From positions 1 to 64,000 of the IMG/VR virus record IMGVR_UViG_3300032893_000028: a stretch of 64,000 nucleotides of DNA; one strand, given 5' to 3'. The stretch's first letter is position 1, and every line of letters starts with the position of its first letter. The translations under genes were made by a program, and so were the position numbers. Positions 1 to 9,023 of the stretch are shown here, piece after piece. A model generated the notes under the pieces. The model made no database searches. It was not told where the DNA came from and saw only the letters and a list, made by a program, of their open reading frames with translations. Source of the stretch: a virus.

Positions 1-698
1 TCTTCGAGGTGCAGGACGCGAACGCGCAGGCCGCCCTCGACGGCTTCGTCGCCCGCGTCCAGAAGGACCGCGACGAGAAGGTGGCCGCGGAGAAACTCCG
101 CGCCGACAACGCGGAGAAGCTGCGCGACGTCGCGGTCAAGGAGAAGGACGCCCTCCAGGGCAAGTACGACTCCAAGATGGCCGAGGACAAGCAGCCCATC
201 AAGCTCGACGCGGCGGAGATCACGGTCGTCGACGCGGTCGACCCGGCGAAGTTCGCCGCGTTCGTCCAGCCCATCGTCGAGGCCCGCGCCACGGCGCGCG
301 CGTCGTTGCTCGTCGAGGCGCGCAAGCACCTCGGCGCCAACGAGAAGTTCGACGCGCACTCGGGCAAGGACGGCAAGGTCGTCCCCGCCAAGACCGACGA
401 CGAGATCAAGCGCCTCGTCATCGGCAAGCTCAAGCCCTCCATCAAGCTCGACGGCAAGGGCGCCGAGTACGTCCAGGCGCTCTACGACGACGCGGTGGCG
501 ACCGCCAAGCCGCAGCCGAGCGCGCTCGACCTCGCTCGCGCCACCGGCGGCCCGGCCGCCGTGCCGCACCTCGCCGGCGAGCGCGCGGACGAGACCGAGC
601 TCGACGCCGAGGCCGCGCGCAAGGCGATGATCGACCGCATGCTCCGCGCCAACCCCAACCACCCCAAGCACGACGCCGCGACGGCGTCGAAGGTGTAG
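1..698 (+). CDS. Head scaffold/prohead protease-like protein (DUF2213-type), 5' end outside window
   Basis: Charged coiled-coil ORF directly upstream of the decoration and capsid genes; reading frame open from the window start. Confidence 0.6.
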   Translation, partial: FEVQDANAQAALDGFVARVQKDRDEKVAAEKLRADNAEKLRDVAVKEKDALQGKYDSKMAEDKQPIKLDAAEITVVDAVDPAKFAAFVQPIVEARATARASLLVEARKHLGANEKFDAHSGKDGKVVPAKTDDEIKRLVIGKLKPSIKLDGKGAEYVQALYDDAVATAKPQPSALDLARATGGPAAVPHLAGERADETELDAEAARKAMIDRMLRANPNHPKHDAATASKV

Positions 699-702
699 GA
701 CC

Positions 703-1305
703 ATGGCCCAGACCACCGTTTCCGCGGGCGGCCAGTCGATCGGCGTCGCCGGTCAGATCGCCGACTCGGCCGAGGGGCGCGACATCGTCTCCGGCTTTAA
801 CAAGGAGGCGTCGAATCAGATCCCGTTCGGCGCTGGCGTCCGCGTGCAGCCGGGCTCGAACGGCGACGGCTTTCTGCTCGCGTCGGGCTTCTCGGGCGGC
901 GCGGCCGGCATGGAAGTGGCCGGCATCAACGTCTTCTCCTACAACCACTTCAAGCAGGGCGCGGCCGACCCGCTCGGCAACTACGCCGGCGACCTCGGCG
1001 GCTCGGGCCTGTTGCCGAACGCGGGCATGCAGATCGGCCGCGAGGGCCGCTGGATCGTCCCGGTCGAGATCGCCGTCGTCGCGGGCGACCGCCCCTGGTG
1101 CCGCGGCGTCCCCACGGGCAGCTCGTCGTCGGCCAACGCCCAGGGCTTCTGGGCCGGCACGGGCTACAACGCGGCGGGCGCCGGCTCGTCGTACATGATC
1201 GACTGCACCCGCCAGGGCGTGTTCCGCTCGGGCACCTACACGGCGGCCGACGGCGTCACGAAGGTGGCGATCCTCGAGGTCGACTTCACCAACAAGTCGT
1301 TCTAA
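703..1305 (+). CDS. Head decoration/minor capsid protein
   Basis: 200 aa Gly-rich ORF between scaffold and capsid genes. Confidence 0.6.
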   Translation: MAQTTVSAGGQSIGVAGQIADSAEGRDIVSGFNKEASNQIPFGAGVRVQPGSNGDGFLLASGFSGGAAGMEVAGINVFSYNHFKQGAADPLGNYAGDLGGSGLLPNAGMQIGREGRWIVPVEIAVVAGDRPWCRGVPTGSSSSANAQGFWAGTGYNAAGAGSSYMIDCTRQGVFRSGTYTAADGVTKVAILEVDFTNKSF

Positions 1306-1315
1306 GGAGCGTCCC

Positions 1316-2320
1316 ATGCGTTTGCCCCCGAACTACCGCTACGACGCCGAGACCCGCGGGGACGCGGCCGAGACGCTCTTCGTCGAGCGCGCGCTCCTCT
1401 GGGTCGAGACCGAGACCTACAACACCCTCTTCCCGCCGCTCGAGGGGCTCAAGTACGTGCCCATCGACATGAGCGCGCCCGAGGGCATGAAGGGGACCGC
1501 GTACAAGCAGTACACGCGGACCGGCATCGCCAAGCTCGTCACCGAGCGCGGCGGTGACCTGCCGACCTCCAAGCTGTTCGTGCGCGAGTTCCAGCACCAG
1601 TTCTACCGCCTCGGCATGTCGTACGAGTACACGCTCGATGACCTGCTCGCGGCGCAGGCTTCGGCGCAGAACGGCGGCCCGGCGCTCAACATCGACATGG
1701 AGCAGGCCCTCGGCGCTAAGGAGGGCATCAACAAGGCCCTCGACGCGGTGTCGGGCATTGGCTCGACGACGTCGACGACCATCCCCGGCCTGTCGGTCGG
1801 CATCGGCCCCGACGTCGGCCTGCTCGGGCTCCTGAACCAGCCCAACGCCTCGACCTACACGCCGGCCACCGGCGCGCAGGGCTCGACGCAGTGGCTCTTC
1901 AAGACGCCGGACGAGAAGGTGGCGGACGTCGTCGGCCAGTACGGCGCGATGGAGTCGGGCACCTACAAGATCTTCGTGCCCGACACGTTCCTGCTCCCCA
2001 TCACGCAGTTCCGCGGCGCGGCCAGCCAGCGTATGGGCGACGGCTCGGACGAGACGGTCATCTCGCTCATCAAGACGAAGATGCTCCCGGGCGTCACGCT
2101 CGACTCGTGGCAGTACTGCCAGGGCGCGGGCTCGGGCGGCGTCGACCGCTGCGTGGCCTACATCAACAACAAGCGCTACATCCGCCACATGATCTCGCAG
2201 ATGTTCCGCCAGATGCCGCCGCAGTACGAGAACCTCGAGTTCTCGGTCGACTGCGTCGCCAAGACCGCGGGCTGCGTGTCGCCGTACCCGATTTCGATCT
2301 CCTACATGGACGGAATCTGA
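1316..2320 (+). CDS. Major capsid protein (DUF2184/HK97-fold type)
   Basis: 334 aa; RYDA N-terminus, GLLNQPN, FLLP, and C-terminal GCVSPYPISISYMDGI typical of this capsid family; AAGGAG RBS. Confidence 0.85.
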   Translation: MRLPPNYRYDAETRGDAAETLFVERALLWVETETYNTLFPPLEGLKYVPIDMSAPEGMKGTAYKQYTRTGIAKLVTERGGDLPTSKLFVREFQHQFYRLGMSYEYTLDDLLAAQASAQNGGPALNIDMEQALGAKEGINKALDAVSGIGSTTSTTIPGLSVGIGPDVGLLGLLNQPNASTYTPATGAQGSTQWLFKTPDEKVADVVGQYGAMESGTYKIFVPDTFLLPITQFRGAASQRMGDGSDETVISLIKTKMLPGVTLDSWQYCQGAGSGGVDRCVAYINNKRYIRHMISQMFRQMPPQYENLEFSVDCVAKTAGCVSPYPISISYMDGI

Positions 2321-2336
2321 TATAGATTCGGAAACC

Positions 2337-2389
2337 CCACGCGCTTCGGTGCGTGGCCGCGCGGCCCCCGAAAGGGGGCCGTAGCTTTT
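2337..2389 (+). terminator. Two tandem hairpins after the capsid gene; probable intrinsic terminator
   Basis: CCACGCGC-TTCG-GTGCGTGG, then CGGCCCCC-GAAA-GGGGGCCG followed by TAGCTTTT. Confidence 0.65.
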
Positions 2390-2432
2390 GGGCGTCTTGA
2401 CAAACGACCGATTTGGGCGCGATTCTGGGCTC

Positions 2433-2969
2433 ATGCAGACCGTCGTGATCAACAACCGCGAAGGGCTCGTCCAGGGCCAGCTCCAACCCGACCCCGAGCT
2501 CATCGCCAAGATGACCAAGGGGTCCATCCCCATCAACCGGTGCGTGACGCTCCTACCTGGGGCGAACCTCGTCGACACCGCCGACCTCGAGGCGCTGTCG
2601 AAGAACCCGATGTTCGCCAAGCGCTTCGAGACGAAGATCCCGCGCTCGCCCGCGCCCGAGCAGAATCCCGAGAAGGTCAACCTGCCCGAGCTGCAGCTCA
2701 TGGGCGTCGACGGCAAGCTCATCGATCAGACGCAGCCGACGCCCAAGGACGCCAAGCCGGTCGCGCCGCTCCAGGTCGACAAGGACCACCCGCTCAAGGC
2801 GCTCAAGACCGAGGTCGCCAAGGCGCTCATCGACGAGACCTTCGTCGTCTCGACCCTGCGCGCGTGGCTGGCCAGCGAGGGTCGGCCCGAGGTGCGCCTC
2901 GTCCTGACCCAGCGCATCGCCGAGCTCGACGCGGCGCCCGAGGGCGGCCCGGCGGCGGCCGGCCGATAG
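2433..2969 (+). CDS. Hypothetical head-region protein
   Basis: ATG at 2433, phage-like codon usage, position after capsid gene. Confidence 0.6.
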   Translation: MQTVVINNREGLVQGQLQPDPELIAKMTKGSIPINRCVTLLPGANLVDTADLEALSKNPMFAKRFETKIPRSPAPEQNPEKVNLPELQLMGVDGKLIDQTQPTPKDAKPVAPLQVDKDHPLKALKTEVAKALIDETFVVSTLRAWLASEGRPEVRLVLTQRIAELDAAPEGGPAAAGR

Positions 2970-2972
2970 GCG

Positions 2973-3305
2973 ATGGCGATCACCTGGACCGACGTCGTCG
3001 GCATCGCCCCCGAGCTGGTCTCGGTCGAGACGGCGACGCAGACGGCCATCCTCGCCGTGGTGTCACGCCAGATCGACGGCGACGCGTGGGGCGAGTTCGC
3101 CGACGACGGCGCCAAGTACCTCGCCGCGCACCTCGCCTCCATCCGCGGCAATGAGGGCCTCGTGACCACCGAGACGCTCGGGCAGATGTCGCGATCCTAC
3201 GCACTGCCGCCCGGCATCATGGGCTCGCTGGCGCTGTCGACCTACGGCGCCGAGTACAAGCGCCTCATCGACATCGCCGTCGGCGTGCCGGGGATCATCG
3301 TCTAA
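2973..3305 (+). CDS. Head-tail adaptor (DUF4054-like)
   Basis: YLAAHL, SRSY and STYGAEYKRL motifs; synteny. Confidence 0.75.
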   Translation: MAITWTDVVGIAPELVSVETATQTAILAVVSRQIDGDAWGEFADDGAKYLAAHLASIRGNEGLVTTETLGQMSRSYALPPGIMGSLALSTYGAEYKRLIDIAVGVPGIIV

Positions 3306-3568
3306 TGCCCATCGTCGTCAAGAAGCGCTCCGACTTCGAGTGGGACGTCGTCGAGGAGAAAGGCGTCCACGAGCGCGTGCTCGAGACGCACCCGCACGAA
3401 GGCATCGCGATGGCGCGCATGCGCGAGCTGAACGCGCGTCGCGCGCAGGAGGCCATGGGCGCCGTCGGTACGTTTACCATCGGCCCAGCCGGGGTCGCCG
3501 CCGTCGGCTGCACGTGCGCAGGAGGCATCCAGCTCGAGGCGACGCCCTGCCCGGTGCACGGTGTCTGA
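3305..3568 (+). CDS. Hypothetical protein with C-terminal CxC...CPVH
   Basis: Stop/start overlap with neighbouring genes. Confidence 0.55.
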   Translation: MPIVVKKRSDFEWDVVEEKGVHERVLETHPHEGIAMARMRELNARRAQEAMGAVGTFTIGPAGVAAVGCTCAGGIQLEATPCPVHGV

Positions 3569-3965
3569 CCAGGCGCGAGCGCCCGAAGAGCAGGCGCACC
3601 TCTCCCGCTACGCCTTTCTCGCCGGGCCCGTGCGCGGGCTCGACCTGCAGAAGCGCGTGCCCGAGCTCATGCGCCGGCGCGGCTGGCCGGCGGAGGACGA
3701 GGACCTCGTCGCGTGCATCACCGTCGCCGTGGGGCTGTCTAAGATCGGCGCCGGCGCCACGCCCGTCTACCGCCCGCCGACCGCTGACGCGCTTCGTGGC
3801 GCTTGGCCGGCTGACGGCGCGCACACGGATCGCTGCCAATTCACCGCGCAGGCGCGGGGGCTCATGCTTGGCCGCGAGCCGACGTGCAAGCCGCACTTCC
3901 AGTGCATCTCGGCGAGCGAGCTAGTCGTCAAGCTCGACCTCGACGAACTGCTCCAGAATCGGTAG
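3561..3965 (+). CDS. Hypothetical protein
   Basis: 134 aa ORF overlapping the upstream stop. Confidence 0.5.
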   Translation: MSDQARAPEEQAHLSRYAFLAGPVRGLDLQKRVPELMRRRGWPAEDEDLVACITVAVGLSKIGAGATPVYRPPTADALRGAWPADGAHTDRCQFTAQARGLMLGREPTCKPHFQCISASELVVKLDLDELLQNR

Positions 3966-3971
3966 GCGTCG

Positions 3972-4469
3972 GTGGCGCGCGGCAAGAAGATCACTGTCAA
4001 GGACAAGGACCTCGGTTGGGTCGGCTTTTTCAAGCGCGTAGGAGAGATGGGTCTCGACCGCCTGCGCGTCGGCGTGCTCGCCGACAGCGCTGCGGGTGGT
4101 CTGCACGTCGAGGGCGCAGATCTTACGGTGGCGGAGATTGCTGCGGTCAACGAGTTCGGTACCGAGGACGGTCATATTCCCGCGCGCTCGTTCTTGCGCT
4201 CCAGCTTCGATGCCAACCGCGAGGCCAATGTGCGCCTGTTCGATAAGCTTCTCGGGGCTGTGCTTGACGGCAAGATGTCGATCGAACAGGCGCTCGGGCT
4301 CCTCGGCCTCAAGATGTCGAGTGACGTGAAGAAGAAGATCGTCTCCGACGTACCGCCGCCGAACGCGCAGCGTACCATCGAACGGAAGGGCTCGGCTCGC
4401 ACCCTCGTCGACACGGGCCGCATGCTCAACGCGGTGACGTGGGCCGTGGACAAGGACAAGAAGGCCTAG
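3972..4469 (+). CDS. Neck/tail-completion protein
   Basis: IAAVNEFGT, IPARSFLR, PPNAQRTIERKGS and LVDTGRMLNAVT motifs. Confidence 0.8.
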   Translation: MARGKKITVKDKDLGWVGFFKRVGEMGLDRLRVGVLADSAAGGLHVEGADLTVAEIAAVNEFGTEDGHIPARSFLRSSFDANREANVRLFDKLLGAVLDGKMSIEQALGLLGLKMSSDVKKKIVSDVPPPNAQRTIERKGSARTLVDTGRMLNAVTWAVDKDKKA

Positions 4470-4729
4470 CGAATCTGCTCGAAGTTGGCGAGAAACACGA
4501 AGAGTTCCATACCGCAACCGCCACCCGAGCTGAGAGCCATACCAGTATTACGCACGCCATGGACGTACATAGGGGCGCCATTGTACTTCTGCTTGGCGCA
4601 GGCGCGCGAAATCGTAACGGTGTGCTCCAGATTGTTCTTCAACGCCCAGACTTGACCTTTGCCGATAAAGGGAACTTCCTTTGCGACCGTCTGCCAGCCC
4701 TCAGTTACCGTCACCGACATCGTTTTCAT
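4466..4729 (-). CDS. Moron-like hypothetical protein, antisense to the structural operon
   Basis: Lower GC; own promoter directly upstream. Confidence 0.6.
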   Translation of the reverse strand: MKTMSVTVTEGWQTVAKEVPFIGKGQVWALKNNLEHTVTISRACAKQKYNGAPMYVHGVRNTGMALSSGGGCGMELFVFLANFEQIR

Positions 4730-4735
4730 ACCCCT

Positions 4736-4774
4736 AATCTAACACCACCCGCGAGTTTGTCAACAAAAATCTTC
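4736..4774 (-). promoter_or_regulatory. Early-type sigma70 promoter, copy 1
   Basis: AGATTTTTG-TTGACA-N16-TAGATT-N6-ATG. Confidence 0.75.
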
Positions 4775-4801
4775 TTACTTGAATTGTGCTATCTTTTCCT
4801 C

Positions 4802-5200
4802 GTGGACATCGACTCGCTCATCCAGTCGTTCATGACCCAGGGCGGGCCTTATACGGTCACGCGGCGCCAGCGCGCCGCCTACGCGCGCGGCATCGCCCAG
4901 CCCACCAACGACTTCACCATCACCATCAAGGCCAGCGTGCAGCCGGCGACGGGCAAGGATCTCCTCCGTCTGCCTGAAGGACGGCGCTCGAACGAGACGC
5001 GCGTGCTCTACACGACGACGCAGCTCGACTGCGGCGATGTCGACGGCCCCTATGAGGCGGACACCGTCACCATCGACGGCGCCTTCTGGGAGGTGCAGCA
5101 TTGCGAATCCTGGAATCAAGGCGGGTTCCTCAATCAGACACGATCGGCTGGATACCGCGTCATCGTGCAGGCGCCGACGCCGGGGACGGATGACATATGA
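4802..5200 (+). CDS. Head-closure/head completion protein
   Basis: ASVQPATGKDLLRLPEGRR motif; GTG start at 4802. Confidence 0.7.
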   Translation: MDIDSLIQSFMTQGGPYTVTRRQRAAYARGIAQPTNDFTITIKASVQPATGKDLLRLPEGRRSNETRVLYTTTQLDCGDVDGPYEADTVTIDGAFWEVQHCESWNQGGFLNQTRSAGYRVIVQAPTPGTDDI

Positions 5201-5355
5201 GCTACTTCTATTTCAAGCTCGACGAAGAGCCCGCCCCCGTGCGCGAATTTCGTCTCCGCACGTGGAAAAGGTGGGGGATGCGCGCCGGCTACCTTGAGGC
5301 TAGCTGGGCGGTCAAGGCCGTTCTCGCTATCGCTTGGTTAGGTGGGCTCGCGTGA
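5197..5355 (+). CDS. Small hypothetical protein (52 aa, hydrophobic C-terminus)
   Basis: ATGA and GTGA overlaps with both neighbours; too short for the ORF track. Confidence 0.45.
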   Translation: MSYFYFKLDEEPAPVREFRLRTWKRWGMRAGYLEASWAVKAVLAIAWLGGLA

Positions 5356-5936
5356 GCTGGAACGACGTCGCCGACGCCATCCAGGCCGCTGTGGCGCGCG
5401 CCAGCGGGCTCGACGCGGGGCAGGTCGTCTGGAAGGACCAGGACCGCGGTCAGCCGCTCACGGACTACGTGGCGTTGCGCCTGGGCGGCGGCATCACGCT
5501 GGGCGTCGACTACGTCCAGACCTCGACCGACCTGACGCGAGCGCCCGGGCAGGAGGTCGAGCTCAAGGTGCGCGGTCGGCGCGAGGTACCATTAGAGGTC
5601 GAGTGCTTCACGTCCCAGTCGGTTTCGGGCCGCGCGGGCTCGGCCCTCGAGTTGTGCTCGCGCATCATGGCCGGGCTGACGCTGCCGTCCGTGCGCGCTA
5701 TCCTCGCTGCGCAGGACGTCTCGCCCTTCGATCCGGGCACGCCCAACTGGATCCCCGACGTCCCCTCGACGCGCTTCCGCGGCCGCGCGGTGGCGACCGT
5801 GCGCTGCTACATGCCGCCGCCCACCGTGGTCGAGTACGCCGGCTTCATCGAGCGCGTCTCGGGCACCGTGACCATCCAGGGCGGCGCCAGCGGCGACCAG
5901 ACCCAGACCTTCGACTCCGACCAGGCCGACGAGTAG
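5352..5936 (+). CDS. Tail terminator/neck protein
   Basis: Position directly before the sheath gene; size and VVWKDQ motif. Confidence 0.65.
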   Translation: MSWNDVADAIQAAVARASGLDAGQVVWKDQDRGQPLTDYVALRLGGGITLGVDYVQTSTDLTRAPGQEVELKVRGRREVPLEVECFTSQSVSGRAGSALELCSRIMAGLTLPSVRAILAAQDVSPFDPGTPNWIPDVPSTRFRGRAVATVRCYMPPPTVVEYAGFIERVSGTVTIQGGASGDQTQTFDSDQADE

Positions 5937-5981
5937 CCCGCCATTTTGCGTGTGATACAGCCGGGAGTGTAGCCTCGATAC

Positions 5982-7541
5982 ATGTCCCTGGCCGACATCG
6001 TCAACGTCACGTTCACCCTGCAGAACCCGGGCGTGACGGCGCAGGGTTTCGGCATCCCCCTCATCGTCTCGCACACGGCCACCTGGGCCGAGCGCACGCG
6101 CACGTACAAGACCCTCTCCGCCGTCGGCGCCGACTTCGGCGCGGCGACGCCCGAGTACCTGGCGGCGCAGAAGATGTTCAGCCAGACGACAGGCATCCAG
6201 CAGATCATGATCGGTCGCGCGGCCAACAAGCCGACGCAGCAGTACGACGTTGGGACCAACAGCGTCGTCGCCAACGCGGTCTACAAGCTGCGAGTCGCCT
6301 GCGACAACGGTTCGGCCGTCTGGACCTCGCAGGAGTGCGACTACACGGCCGCGCCAGCGACGGCGTGGGCGTCGGGCACGGCCTACACGCAGGGCCAGGT
6401 CGTGGTCAACGACTCGCCGGCCAAGTACTACATCTGCACCACCGGCGGCACGTCGGCCGGCTCGGGCGGCCCGACGGGCACCGGTGCGGCCATCACCGAC
6501 AACACCGTCACGTGGATGTACGCGGGCGGCTCGGCCACCGTCGGCACGACGACCAACGACGCGATCGTGTACGGGCTCAAGCTACTCGTCGACGCGCTCG
6601 CCGCACCGGCCCTCCCGGTGGCGACCAGCCTCCAGGGCTCGGTTGGGTCCAAGACCTTCCGCATGGTCGCCAATACCGCCGGCGCGTACTTTGCCGTCGA
6701 AGTGCTGGATATGACCTACCTCTCGGTTGCGCAGGACCACGCCGACCCGGGGATCGCCGCCGACCTCGCCGCCATCAAGCTCGCGTCGAGCGCCTGGTAT
6801 GGGCTCGTCACGCTGTTCAACTCGTCGCTGCTCGTGCAGGCCGCCGCCGCGTGGGCCGAGGCCAACAGCAAGCTCTACATCGTCGCATCGAGCGACTCGG
6901 CCGTCGCCACCGTCGCCTACGTCGCCAGCGGCGCCGACGTGTTCAACAAGCTGCGCGACGCGGCCTACGCGCGCACGGGGCCGATCTTCCACACCGCCCC
7001 GGACGACTTCGCCGACGCGGCCGAGATCGCGCGCTGGTTCCCTATCAACCCGGGCGGCGACAACTGGATCTACAAGACGCTCGCGGGCGTGACCATCAAG
7101 ACCTACACCGACACCATGGTCACCAATATCACCGCCAAGTACGCGAACTATTACGCGGACTTTGCCGGGGCGAACGCGGTCCAGGGCTCGGGCCTGGTCG
7201 CGGCCAACGAGTACATCGACGTCATCCGCTTCCGCGATTGGTACGTCGCGCGGCTTCAGGAGCGCGTGGCCAATCTGCTCCTCAGCGCCGAGAAGATTCC
7301 CTTCACCGACGCCGGCATCGCGCTCATGGAGACGCAGGTCAAGGCGCAGAACACCGAGGGCGTGCGCGCCGGCGGCATCGCGCCCAACACCCCGTCCACG
7401 CCCATCACGGTGCTCGCGCCCGACCTGGCGAGCATCTCGAGCGCCGACAAGCAGGCGCGCTGGCTCAAGGGTGTCACGTCGACGTGGACGCTGGCCGGCG
7501 CGATCAACAAGCTCTCGGTCTCGGTCGAAGCGAGCCCGTAA
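5982..7541 (+). CDS. Tail sheath protein (DUF3383 type)
   Basis: DIVNVT start, WIYKTLAGV, YIDVIRFRDW, KIPFTDAGI and LAGAI motifs. Confidence 0.88.
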   Translation: MSLADIVNVTFTLQNPGVTAQGFGIPLIVSHTATWAERTRTYKTLSAVGADFGAATPEYLAAQKMFSQTTGIQQIMIGRAANKPTQQYDVGTNSVVANAVYKLRVACDNGSAVWTSQECDYTAAPATAWASGTAYTQGQVVVNDSPAKYYICTTGGTSAGSGGPTGTGAAITDNTVTWMYAGGSATVGTTTNDAIVYGLKLLVDALAAPALPVATSLQGSVGSKTFRMVANTAGAYFAVEVLDMTYLSVAQDHADPGIAADLAAIKLASSAWYGLVTLFNSSLLVQAAAAWAEANSKLYIVASSDSAVATVAYVASGADVFNKLRDAAYARTGPIFHTAPDDFADAAEIARWFPINPGGDNWIYKTLAGVTIKTYTDTMVTNITAKYANYYADFAGANAVQGSGLVAANEYIDVIRFRDWYVARLQERVANLLLSAEKIPFTDAGIALMETQVKAQNTEGVRAGGIAPNTPSTPITVLAPDLASISSADKQARWLKGVTSTWTLAGAINKLSVSVEASP

Positions 7542-7550
7542 GGAGAACCA

Positions 7551-7982
7551 ATGGCCGAGTGGGATCCCACCAAGTTCACGATGTCCGTAGGGGCGAACAC
7601 CATCGTGGAGTATGCCGCGGGCACGTTCATCAAGGCGAGCTTCGACGAGGACCAGTACTCCCTCGAGATTGGCGCCGACGGGCGCGGCTGCCGCATCCGC
7701 AACGCTAACGAGGCGGGGAAGTTCGAGATCACGCTCCTCAAGTCGAGCCCCTCGAACGACCTCCTGTCGGCCCAGGCCATCCTCGACCGGCAGACCGGCC
7801 AGGGTGTGGTGCCGATCCAGGTCAAGGACGGCAACGGCGCGGCGGTGGCGTCGGCGCAGAACGCGTGGATCGTCAAGATGGCCGACCTCGAGCGCGGCAA
7901 GGAGCTGGGCGAGGTGACCTGGACGATCCAGACCGATAAGCTCGAGATGGTCCAGGGCGGCATCCTGCCGTTGGGGCAGTAG
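7551..7982 (+). CDS. Tail tube protein (DUF3277 type)
   Basis: IGADG, ITLLKSSPSNDLL and AWIVK motifs; follows sheath. Confidence 0.82.
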   Translation: MAEWDPTKFTMSVGANTIVEYAAGTFIKASFDEDQYSLEIGADGRGCRIRNANEAGKFEITLLKSSPSNDLLSAQAILDRQTGQGVVPIQVKDGNGAAVASAQNAWIVKMADLERGKELGEVTWTIQTDKLEMVQGGILPLGQ

Positions 7983-7987
7983 GCTAG

Positions 7988-8479
7988 ATGGTCGACCCCG
8001 CGCTCAAGATCGGCGACGACGTCTTCGTCGTTTCGCCGCTGCTCGGCGAGGAGAGCTTCCTGCTCCAGCCCAAGCTCATGCCCATCGTGGCCGACTGCAT
8101 CACCGCCTTCGTGGCGATGCAGGAGAACGTGGGCGAAGGCGGGCTCGATTACGCCGCGCTCGCCGGCAAGCTGTCGCCGCTCGTGCAGTCGATCGCGGCC
8201 AAGCTGCCGATGGAGGACCTCCGCTTCATCATGCGCTCGCTGCTCCGCGGCGCGACCATGAACGGCAAGCTCCTCTACGCGCAGGATGGCGCGCCCATTA
8301 ACGTACTGCTCCAGCAGCGCTCGCTCGACGTCTGGCGCCTGCTCTTCCACGCGGTCAAGGTGAGCTACCCCGATTTTTTTCAGGCCGCCCGGCGCGTGCT
8401 CGCCGGCGCCGCGGCGCAGGCGGCCGCCCCCTCCGCGACGTCGACCACGTCCGGCCCTGGCCCGTCTGGCGGCTCGTAA
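7988..8479 (+). CDS. Tail assembly chaperone (G)
   Basis: Between tube and tape measure genes; contains slippery T-TTT-TTT at 8374-8380. Confidence 0.75.
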   Translation: MVDPALKIGDDVFVVSPLLGEESFLLQPKLMPIVADCITAFVAMQENVGEGGLDYAALAGKLSPLVQSIAAKLPMEDLRFIMRSLLRGATMNGKLLYAQDGAPINVLLQQRSLDVWRLLFHAVKVSYPDFFQAARRVLAGAAAQAAAPSATSTTSGPGPSGGS

Positions 8480-8613
8480 TGCGGCAGTGGTGCACGCTGG
8501 GCGAGATCTCGACGCTGTCACGGCAGCGCATTCTCGACGCCAACGACCTGCTCGACGCGCAGGACGAGGCCGAGGACGACGCGCGGCGCGAGTCCGAGAA
8601 GAAGCAACGATAA
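8374..8613 (+). CDS. -1 frameshift extension of the tail chaperone (G-T)
   Basis: -1 frame open from the heptamer to TAA at 8613: WPVWRLVMRQWCTLGEISTLSRQRILDANDLLDAQDEAED. Confidence 0.7.
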   Translation, partial: FFSGRPARARRRRGAGGRPLRDVDHVRPWPVWRLVMRQWCTLGEISTLSRQRILDANDLLDAQDEAEDDARRESEKKQR

Positions 8614-8660
8614 CGCAACGCGCGGGCTAGCTGGTAAGAGGTGGCCCGAGGAGAACGACC

Positions 8661-9011
8661 ATGGCGAACCCGACTGGCTACGCAGGGCCTCCGATCACGA
8701 CGCACCAGTGGCTGCAGCCGCTCTACCGCTGGCTCAAGGGCTGGGGCACGGCCTCGGTCTTCACCGGTCCGACCGGCGCGCGCTTCCCGGCGGCGCTCCA
8801 GGTCGGCTTCCCGACCGGCATCCTGGGCTTTTTCGGCGCGACCGGCACGCTCCAGCCGACGGGCCTCGGCTCGACCGGCAGCGCGGCCGGCGGCGGCGTG
8901 ACCGGCACCACCTTTTTCGACGCCCGTTCGAACGGCGGTACCGGCGCGAACTACTACACGCTCACCGACATCGTCAACGCGCTCAAGCTCGAAGGCCTGC
9001 TCGCCAAGTAG
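8661..9011 (+). CDS. Small virion-associated protein paralogous to the C-terminal domain of collagen-like fibre 1
   Basis: Shares LGFFG...[15 protein letters not shown].xYYT...GLLA with 20834-21007; GAGGAG RBS. Confidence 0.7.
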   Translation: MANPTGYAGPPITTHQWLQPLYRWLKGWGTASVFTGPTGARFPAALQVGFPTGILGFFGATGTLQPTGLGSTGSAAGGGVTGTTFFDARSNGGTGANYYTLTDIVNALKLEGLLAK

Positions 9012-9023
9012 TAGGATAGGCGC

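Noticed and set aside
5342-7708. Long alternative-frame and antisense ORFs (e.g. 5342-7708, 29891-32821, 45375-47534, 19349-20959)
   Set aside because: Arg/Pro/Gly-rich shadows of real genes, caused by high GC3 and scarce stop codons; they carry no recognisable motifs.
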